From NCBI GenBank assembly GCA_001938485.1, contig MQRK01217006.1, positions 1 through 49,516 on the forward strand: 49,516 nt of DNA. The letters are read 5' to 3'. Positions 12,473 through 22,800 of the stretch are shown piece after piece; position 1 is the stretch's first letter; the number at the start of each line of letters is the position of its first letter. Both the position numbers and the translations under genes were made by a program. The notes beneath the pieces were generated by a model, which was not told the DNA's origin, searched no databases, and worked only from the letters and a program-made list of their open reading frames with translations. The DNA comes from Girardia tigrina. Lineage: Eukaryota.

Positions 12473-13405
12473 TGTAACAGATTATACTAAATGAATGACG
12501 ATAATATAACTTTATATATGGGTTAAGCAAAAAGGGGAAAATAAAATAAAATAACACAATTAATGATCAAAATGATATATTATCAATACATAAAATAAAT
12601 TCAATGAAGTAATGTATCGCAAATAACTACAATAATAATTAATAAATCGTAACCCGTACTTGTTGTAGTCCTCCAATGAAATAGCAATGAACAACCGAAA
12701 TATCAATTCTTCAATATAGTATTCGAACTCAAAAATTAATAACTAGTAGAATATCAGATTAGAATCTGGGACTTATGCAAAAGTCGTGTTGTATCAAAAT
12801 TGGGGCTCGTATAAAATTTCGTTCAAAATTTTGTGTGTAAATTTTTTTGTTGTTAAAATTTGGTTTAAAAATTTGTTTGTAAAATTTTGTTCTTAAAAAT
12901 TTGTTCGACTTGTGCAAACCGATTCGGGTATTTATACCCTACCGGATGCACATATTTCTCGGTACGCTCGGGCATCTCATGTACTGATTACCTCGAGGCA
13001 GGATGAGAGAAAGGGTGCTGCGACGTCCTGTCAGATTATGTCGAGATTGTAATCTGAATCCAACTATTTCGGATTGTCAGGGACTATTCTGTTAACAAAA
13101 TACCGACAGTTGTTTATCTGACAGGAAGAAGGGGTAAACTGCGACTATATTATTCTGTCTGTCAGTTTATTCATTCTGTTTATTAAGCTATTTCATTCGC
13201 TAATCTCATCATCCTTGATTCACGGAAACGACAATTTATTCTAGGTAATCGGTGAATATTCGATAGTGGTTATATTAATGATTATTCTGTTTATTATTTT
13301 TCGTCTAAATTGCTCTTCGCTCCGACCGTCGTTGATGCTTTGTGGTTGCCGCCATCAGATTAACGATTCCAGATGATGCGTAGGTGACTGCGTACCGACC
13401 TTACA
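12473..13405 (-). mobile_element. Shorter related solo-LTR-like unit E (~0.93 kb)
   Basis: Inverted termini TGTAA...TTACA. Shares the ttcgggtatttataccctaccggat block (12923-12947) and gacagttgtttatctg with unit A. Confidence 0.6.
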
Positions 13406-13408
13406 ATA

Positions 13409-16209
13409 TGTCGTGCTCCCTTTCAAAACAACATTTTCGTTGGCTCTGAGCCCCATCCGCTTTTAGAGTTAAACGGCAACTCTGTCACGAAACATATTCA
13501 ACCTCATGCTATTGGGGAACAGACGCGCCTCCTTTGCTCACATCAACAAGTTGTGTGTACATCGGAGCGCCTTCGGGTTCTTGACCAGTATCGAGGATGA
13601 CCCGACTGGAAGCTCAGTTTCTGGAGGGGATGATTACAACTTTACTCACACAATTCGTCAAGTTCGATTTTATTTATTCACGTCGGACAAGGATACCTTC
13701 GAGAAACAAGTGACGGTCAGCCCACGTGCCCATATGCATTCTATGGTCTGCCTGCACCGTCTTTCTAAGTTCCTCGCCCGAACAATAACTTCATCATTAT
13801 TCATAATTATGTTCAATTCATGAGTGACACCTCGTATCTAAATTATCTTTGATGATCTAATTATGTATACGTTATGTTATTATGCTGGTTATATTTCATT
13901 AAAATTTTTTTATATTTTATTATATTTTTTTATATTCACTTACACTGGAGAATCTAATTCTCATAACTTGATTTGTGCTCGTGGCAAATTAATATTTGAT
14001 ATATATCAGCCCACACCTTAATCGTCACAGAACTCTAGTTTCTCAGTAGATTTTAAAACCTGGCTTTGATTTTATAAGTATTGATTGAATTTTGAAACGA
14101 TAATTTACTCGACATTTTGATCTTGGAGACCTTGAAAGCCTTTAATTTAACGCATATGTCTTTGCCTCTAAACATTGAACTAATCATTGTTACACAAGGT
14201 TAAAGGAACGTTACAATCATCATTTCAGTCATACATTGGTAAGGATAACTTATATTCAACACCAAGATCTGCATTACTTTACTTAAGATAATCGTTTCAA
14301 GACGTTTACTCTTATCAATCAGAACTGCCCTGATTATCATTTTTAACTTCACTTGTATCATACGACACCTCTCAGAAGTTAGCGTCACACTAGTTTATAT
14401 TTAGATCTCATTGCTTTAATCGTCACCTCAGAGTTATCTTTTCGACTTCAACTTTATCTTTCCGTCTCCTCATAATAATCATCGGTTGTAGTCCTGATGA
14501 GAACTGTGTCTCGTTCTCTCATAATATCTTAGCATCATGCCGATCACAATTAACTTAGTACCAGTCTTTAGCGATGTATCCAGTGCAATCGTATTAGAGA
14601 ACCGCGAAATATTTTTTTTCTAATAGGATTCTACTTTCGACTGTATAAACTTTCAATTCATCAAATCCACTTTAAAATCATATAATTTACGAGATAAATT
14701 GTCATTACATGAATTACAAAACAAATTGAAATTTATATTAAATTAAAATAATTTATTACATCATTACAAAAACCATTAAATCTTTACACTTTTAAATTAA
14801 ATTAATTATAAAATAGTCCATAAAATAAAATTAAATTAAATAATCATAATTAACTTTACTTAAAAATAATCAAATAATCAGAATTAAAGTTACTTAAGAA
14901 CAATCAAATATCAAACGAAAAGTGTAATGACGATGTAATAAAGTCTAATCAAATTCTGTATAGAGTATTGCTCTGGAATTATGCACAAATATTTACATCG
15001 ATTTCATCCGTACGACCTGATTACGTACCCGAACCCAAGGATCGCTCTGCTGGATCCCTTGGATACGGAGACGAACCGTAATCGTACTTCCGAATCTCAA
15101 GTTCTATCGACTCTATCTCAGTATTAATCATTATGTGATTGAATAATATTGCGAAACAAATCAAATACAATAATGAGAGCAATAAATGGAATTAAATATT
15201 TATTTGAAACCAAATATACCAATTGATAAATAAAATTACACCTTTAATTAATAAAAATGAAAATACGACTTAGGGTCATTAAGTAAAAGAATAAATTAAA
15301 TCGACAAAGTTACGAAACGAATAATCCTTGTTAATAAATATGTGAATAAATAGCAATTAAATTAAATCAAGATGAAATAAATGACTAGACCAAAGTAATG
15401 ACGATACCTCTTATAAGTTTTTTCTCCTTCGAAATAATCGTAATAGTCGTCTGGCAGATAATGAATCGTAAAAATGTTTACTTTGAAAATATACGTTAAC
15501 AAAAGTGTGTTTTTGTGGGCGTTTGTGCATAATTAGCACAAGTATTTATATGGACAGGATGTGCATGTTATTCGGTAAACTGATTATCTGGTTATCGGCA
15601 TCCTGTCAGACCAAAATCTGACTATAAACAATTTGGTTTAGCCGGGATTCATCTGCTTTCCTTTAGCAGGTTGTAAGGGGTTTTTACTGTCATACTTTGT
15701 TTATTCTGTCGTCCAGGATTCGCGAGTTTTCACTGCAGAATGATGCACTACCGTGGGAGGGATGAAGGATTATTGCGCGTTTTGTCGGCCGATTAGGTAA
15801 ACTTCGTTATTTTCACATCGAATAATCATCATTGTTTATTCAGGATGTTCGTTTGTTTATCCGGCTTATCTCGAAATCGTATGGGATCTTGAATCATCCG
15901 ATTCGTAATTCTAATTAAAATTCTTAATTAACTTTAATTTTTTTCATCTTTTCAGACTTTTCCAGGGGATCTTTAAGGATATCAGACTCCGGGCTCACAA
16001 TCAACCTCAGCAAATCATCACAGGTCCCTCTGGACTGCACTGCCTTGCTGACGCACAGAAGACATTTAAACATAACCGGGAATAGTCGAGTTTGACTATT
16101 CCCGAACTCTACAACAATGCCGTGCTCGCGGGTGGTGCAATGGACAGAAGGGATCTAACAGGGTGTCTGATTAGCGGTCGTAATAGGGATCTAATTATTG
16201 GTCGTAACA
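13409..16209 (-). mobile_element. Giant LTR-like unit B (~2.8 kb)
   Basis: Termini TGTCGTG...CGTAACA. Same block order as unit A. Flanks aata/aatg may be an imperfect 4-bp TSD. Confidence 0.78.
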
Positions 16210-16225
16210 AATGTTATCGACAGTT

Positions 16226-19082
16226 TGTTACGGTCGGAAACTCATTAAAGCATTACAATACATCCACAAACACGCAAACATAGCACATAACACACAAAAA
16301 ACAAAGAAAAAATCAGCAAATTTTATACATATATTTAAAAACCTTAACAACATAATAATTCTTCATATCCGGTTCCCTCGAAGCTCGTAGATGAAAACTA
16401 AAAACAATCATATAAATGAGCAAAATAGATAAAAAGTCGACAAAAATTACCCGATTCCAAAAAGAAGACCGACCCCTGGATAGCATAAGGCAAGAGAAAC
16501 TCCGGAGTAATGACCCGCCGAGAATTTTCATGACCTGAGAGTAGCTACAAATCTTGAAAGAAAAAAGAATTAATTAAAATAAACCCAAAAATTAATAAAT
16601 CGCCTGCCGAATTATCTATTGGAGCTGAGAAGTCAACCGACCCCCTCCGCATAGCCCCTTGCGAAACGGATCCATGGTCGGAGCGTATAAGTTGATAACG
16701 GACCCCTGTAAAAAGTTATTCACCCTTAAAGAGAAAAAATTAATTAAAAACTAGACAAAAATAACAAAGTCACCTACTAGACTATCCAATGGAGCTACGG
16801 GGTCAACCGACCCTCCCATAATAGATTATCGCGCGGGCAATCCGTGAACGAAACCCGCGAAGTCACCGGACCACCCTGAGGAAAGTTATAAGCCCTGAAA
16901 GTTCAAATAATTAATTAAGAAAAATAGAAAATTAATTAATCTTACCGTGAGTCAGCCAAAAATCCGAAAATAATCGTCAGCTGACGATTCATCCATGAAT
17001 CAGCAGCAAGCATGTTCCACAGATTTGAGAGTGTTTAAAGACACACGAGCTGCGGATTCTATAATAAAATAAAAAATTTCCAAAAATTTTAGAGACACAC
17101 TTACCAGTCCGACCAACCAGCATCGCAGAAATCTCAGACAGTTGGTTGGCAAGATTCGGTTGGATAGAGGAGGACGACAGGATGACATATCTACAATATA
17201 AAAGGAAAATCATTTTTTGACCAAGTCGCACAGAATTGCTCACCATTAATCAACGAGACTGAATCCACGTTTACACGAGCTCTACTTCCAAGCAGAAATA
17301 TTCGACCGACGATCAGTGTTTAGCCGAGTGATAGCCGAACGAAATCCATAACCGAGAAACGCGAAGGCGATAACCGAACTCGAGAATCCGGACCCAGCAG
17401 AACGCTTCTATCTACAGACGCGTCGACGAGTAAAGAATACTAAACACCGACTGAGCAACAACTTTTCCGACAGTCCTCCGGTTATCGATCAATTTGTAAT
17501 TATTTTATCTTGTTAATTTGCTACCCTAAATACATGAGTTTAATATTATTATTTAGTTATCAATAATTATTAATTAATGGTTAAATTTCTTACCAAGCAC
17601 CCGTTTTTATCATAAGTAGGTCCAGTCGTCGCCGCCGCTCCTTGTCGTAAATGTCCCAGATTAGCCTTCAGCCGAGTCAATCAATTAGGGTTGAGAACGA
17701 TCACGTTGTCATAGTGATCATTAATGCGGGATCGATACAGTTAAACCATGTATCGGAGGCGACCGCGTCGAACGAATTTCCGGCAGAGCGAAATCCCGAA
17801 TTCACGACCGAACCCGATAGTCCCGCCGCGAACAGCGACCCCGGCGTCGAACAGCAACTGGTTATCATCGATGTGAAGCCGATATCGATAGACGATATGT
17901 CGGGACTGATTAGTTCCCGCATAAACGATAACCCACCGACGTGGGATGAAAACATTCAAATTAACGCCTGCGACCTTCAGATTATTTAAACAAATATATT
18001 ATTTCTATTATTTTAGGTTTTCTTATATTATAAATTTAGGAATTATTACTATTTTGAAGTTGGAATTACTATAAAAAAAACTAAAAATTAAATCTTACGA
18101 TTATTTTGAACTATTCCAAAAACTAAAATTGAATTATTATTGGGGTAATGATATTTAAAAAATTTATTAAAATTGAATTTTGAGAGCGATTTAATTATTA
18201 TTATGAGTTTTCCGGAATTGAAAATTTTAAGACTCGATGAATAGTTTAATTTATTATAATTAGGATTTTTTTACGATTTATATAATTTACTGAGATTTTA
18301 TTTATGAACCGTTTATTGATATTTTACTAGAAAACAATTTTTCTACCCAATTTACTTCGACTACTACTGTAAATAGAATTGAAAACCCGATAATAAATAT
18401 TTCGACAACAAATTGTCTGGGATCGCAAAATAAATTTTATCATTTTGCCCCATAAATTTGATTTGTTGATTTAGCCGCGATGACTTCCTGATTTTACCTG
18501 CTGATATCGTTTTAATTCAATCTATTGTCATACGAATTGATTAGTGTTGCGCGTTAACAGAGCTGTCTCGATGCGAACAAATTTTGCAGCGTAAGCCTGT
18601 TCCCGAATTGCTGAAGACAAACTTTGTGGTAAAAGTCGAATAGCTCTACTGATATAAAGTATCACCATGGCGAATAGGGATGATCTAGTTAAGGGGCTTG
18701 TAGATAGTGTAGCGATGTGCATCTAAAATGTTATAATAAGGACCCCTAATGATCATGAACTCGACGTAGTTATGACAAGAATATGTCACGATATAACGCT
18801 CACCACTTATTCGTTCAAACCGATAGTAAATTACTTCATCACGTCAGGCACGAGCAACGCATCCATTGGAGGAATACACAATTATATAGAGTAGAAACAT
18901 ACTCCTATCGACACTGACCAAGGTGGGGGGCCCACAGCCTATCCCACCTTTAACTGAACCCGAAGGCCCCTTGAGCTTGGCACTGCTAAGCAGATGTCAA
19001 GCAAGATAGGAGGCGTCCGACCCTACTTATAATGACAATAAAATTAAATAGGTTTAATATGGGTTGTGGTTGACCCTTAACA
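16226..19082 (+). mobile_element. Giant LTR-like unit C (~2.86 kb), divergent relative in opposite orientation, probable 5' LTR
   Basis: Starts TGTTACG, the same start as A and B read on the minus strand, and ends TTAACA. TATAAAAG at 17197-17204, AATAAA at 19037-19042, GAACCCGAAGGC...GGAGGCG motif at 18956-19015. A PBS follows. Confidence 0.72.
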
Positions 19083-19087
19083 ATCAC

Positions 19088-19097
19088 TGGGGGCTCG
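19088..19097 (+). promoter_or_regulatory. Primer-binding site complementary to the tRNA-Pro 3' end
   Basis: TGGGGGCTCG matches the first 10 nt of the canonical Pro PBS (TGGGGGCTCGTCCGGGAT) and lies 5 nt after the LTR-like end. Confidence 0.65.
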
Positions 19098-19129
19098 CGA
19101 GCTGTTAAAAATGTTTGCACTCGAGAGGG

Positions 19130-19816
19130 TCGTGACAAGTTGTTTATCGGAGACAAGGCACAGGGTAGGGGTTTTTTCAGTCTTCACTTCTCGAATGCAT
19201 TCTATTGCGAAGTGACTGTTATCTGGGGTAATTATTTATCGTTAATCATTTTCGCTCTGATTGACAGATGACTTTTTTACAGATGACTTCCTGCAACCGC
19301 GTAATTCGTGCTTATTCATGTTGGTAACTTTTAATTAACTAATTAAGATTTCATTAATTTCTAAAGTTTTTCAGGGTTTCAGAAGCTTTTTCGCTAACTG
19401 GAATCGATCAAAAAGGAATGGGTCGACGTTCAGGGAGCTCTCCTCGCGTCCTTCGTCCCGTGTGCTCGGAACTGATTTACAAATAATTAGTATAGTCGAG
19501 TTTGATGACTTCCTGCAACCGCGTAATTCGTGCTTATTCATGTTGGTAACTTTTAATTAACTAATTAAGATTTCATTAATTTCTAAAGTTTTTCAGGGTT
19601 TCAGAAGCTTTTTCGCTAACTGGAATCGATCAAAAAGGAATGGGTCGAAGTTCAGGGAGCTCTCCTCGCGTCCTTCGTCCCGTGTGCTCGGAACCGATTT
19701 ACAAATAATGAGGATAGTCGAGTTTGACTATCCTCACAACTTTCGCTAAAGGTTTCGGGCGTATGGACGCGTAGGAGGGTTTCCTTCGGATTGTCGTTCA
19801 ATATCGCGTCGTTGCA
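19130..19816 (-). mobile_element. U3-side fragment of another giant LTR with an internal 222-bp tandem duplication
   Basis: Shares the agttgtttatc...gtaggggtttttt block and the ATAGTC-GAGTTT-GACTAT hairpin; ends CGTTGCA. 19282-19503 is repeated at 19504-19725. Confidence 0.7.
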
Positions 19817-22800
19817 TATCTATTTCTTTGTTCTTCCAATTCTAATATCTTCTCTGATCTGATTTATTTCTTCATTATCTTTCTGCCACTTGAACTATTT
19901 TGATTCTTCGTCTAAAGCCAAGATTGGTGTTTTAATCTTTCATTTTTTTAGCTTATTCGTGCATTGTTTGACACTGACAAAATAATTCACAAAAATTTCT
20001 CGACATTGCATCTGCATTTGAGTGTTCTCCTTTTCGATATTCCATTCTCATATCCAGACTACTAAGAAAATTTATCCACGTTTGAAATTGCGGTGTTATT
20101 CGGTTTTTGGTATTCAGCATAAAAGTAATAATTTTATGATCAGTTCTTAGTGAAAATGTTTACCGTATAATAAGTTTTTAAAATTTTGCGTAAAATATTA
20201 AATTACCAGCAGCTCTTTCCTTGTAACACAATATCCAAGCTCGTGTTTGTTCATTTTATGTGAGCCATACGCAATCACTTTCTCTCTTTCAGACGTATCC
20301 TTCTGTGATAACACTGCCCGATTGTATCGAAATTTACATCCGTATCCACTATAAACTCCTTCTTAAAATCTGGATACGCCAGTATCTGGGTGTCAATCAT
20401 TTTTTCTTTCAATTTTCGAAAAGCTTCCTCGCATTCTGCAGTCCATATTATTTTCTTCTCTTTATTCTAACCACACAAACCCTCCAATACTTTTGAGTAT
20501 TTTGGTTAATCTTTTAAAAATTTTATGTAGTAATTTGTTAGACCCAAGAAACTTCTCAAATGCTTGATACATGATGGGTGCTGAAATTTTTTAATGGCCT
20601 CAATCTTTGTTTGATCAGTTTATATACCATTCTTACTGACAATATATCCTAAAAATCTTGTTCTTTCTGTTAAAAATTCACACTTTTCTGGGTTAATTCT
20701 TAAACCTTCTTCCTTTATTTTTTTCCAGTACATGTTTTATTTGTTGCATATGCTCTTCTTTATTTTTTGCAAATATCAAAATTTCGTCCAAATATACTAC
20801 TGCCGCTTTCCAATTCAAGTCTCCTAGAATTTGACCTAGAATTTGGAAAGTTACGGGGTTGCTACTATCCCGAAAAGCATTCTTTTGAAACAATACTGTC
20901 TGCTCTTTGTTGAGAATGCTGTTTTAATCTTTGATTCTTCTACCAACTCGACTTGGTCGTAAGCGTTTCCAAGATCAATTGTACTTAAGTATTGCGCACC
21001 ATTCAGTGTGTTCAGCATATCATCTACATTCTGCATAAGAAACGCTGGTCTGACGATAATTCTATTAAACTGGCGGAAGTCTACACACATTCGAATATCT
21101 TGTTTTTCCATCTTCCACACACATACTAATGGGAAATTCCATGGTGAACTGCACTTTTCGATTATGTCATTTTCTTCAAAATTTTTAATAACATCATCCA
21201 ATTTTTCTTCAAAATGTTGTGGTTGCTGATAAGGCTTTACTAGTATTGGATCCCCGAGTGTTTCTATTCTGTATTTTGTCAATGATGTTTTCCCAATATC
21301 CTACTTGTCAACCATAAATAATGATTTATAATTTGTTAAAATCTCCATTAATTTCCTGTCAAATTGCTTGTTAAATATTTCCATTATTCTTTTTAGATTG
21401 TCCTAATCTGGTGGGTTGTATCTAATCACAAATATTTCCCCATCTCGAGGTATCTGTCTTTTCAGTTTCATTCCGAATGTATCCAAAAAATCTATACCTG
21501 CGATCATTTCGGGGTCTAGTTCTTTGACCACATAGAACTCTATTAAATTTTGTTCCCTCAATAGCAACATTCAATTGAACGATTCCATAATTAACCAGTT
21601 CTGAATCCATTGCGCAATGGATACGTTTTTTCGTTTCTCTTATTTTAATATCTTTCATATTTTTAAATATCTGCGCTAGTCATTTACACTGGCCCCGGTG
21701 TGCAAAAGGCAATGAACTTTTCTATCTTTCACGTAAAAATCCACTCTTGGACGTCCTTTCAGTTCTTTATAAGTTATCTTAAACTTTGATATCTTCAATA
21801 TTTCCGTTTTACTTTTAGTTTCTTATCATCTTGAGTTTTCATAATATTACACTGGTCTCGATTTCCAATATGTTCACATTCAAGTTCGCAAATCTCTCGA
21901 GGAATATTTTCATACGTAAAATCAAATATATATTTAAATTGATTTCCTAATGAAGCACACCTCTCCTTGTGATCGGGCGTCCTCATTTCCCTGATCGTCT
22001 CCGAATCTTCTTTTACCTCTAGAATAATCCCTTGCTGTATTCTCTTCTCTTCTATCAGATATTTCCGATCTCTTGTCCATTTCATCATCTCTGTTGTCTA
22101 ACCCCATCAAATGTTGTTTCTTATTCATAAATGCCGGTCGTTCTCTATATCCCTGATTAGAATAATCTCTCCTGTCATTCCAACGATTTCTATTATTGTC
22201 CCATTTCCGTTAGTCACGTTCTTTAAACCTATTTGGGTTTCATAACATTGTGTTCGTAGATGTCCTTTTCTTTGACAGTGATGCCACTTAACGTTCGGAC
22301 ATTCTCTTCTAACATGACTTTCCTAATGGCATGCCCAACAAATTATTTTTCTGACTTTATAATTTTGACTTGTACCTTCTCTCTTTACTTCTTCGTTCCG
22401 TAGTTTTAATTTTCTTTAATTCTCCAAAATTTTCCAATCGTTTTCTTTCCTTGTGTTATATGCTGCAATCGGTGAATTTCTTTTCTTTTTCCCGCATTCG
22501 TACATCCTCATTTGTATGTTTTCGATCTCCTCTGACTTTTTTAAACCTCAAATCGCTATTTCTTGATATTACGAGGGGTGTCCCAAAAGTAACAACAAAT
22601 TCAAAAAGTTTACTCCAGTTAACAAAATTGATCAATCCTCATCAGAATCGCTATTCAACTTTTCAATATAATCACCATTCTGTTTCACATACGTTTACCA
22701 TCTGTGTCAACTTCCTAATACCATTATCGAAGAAAATGCGCAGTGTCTCCGCAATCCACGCACTGACTACTGTTTTCATTTCATCCAAATTCGCGAAATG

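Noticed and set aside
14493-14525. CTGATGA followed by a stem, resembling a hammerhead ribozyme core
   Set aside because: No GAAA follows stem II, and the equivalent region of unit A (~10385-10415) lacks CTGATGA.
16390-16950. CRISPR-like repeat-spacer array
   Set aside because: Eukaryotic context, degenerate ~170-bp units with mutually similar spacers, and no cas genes.
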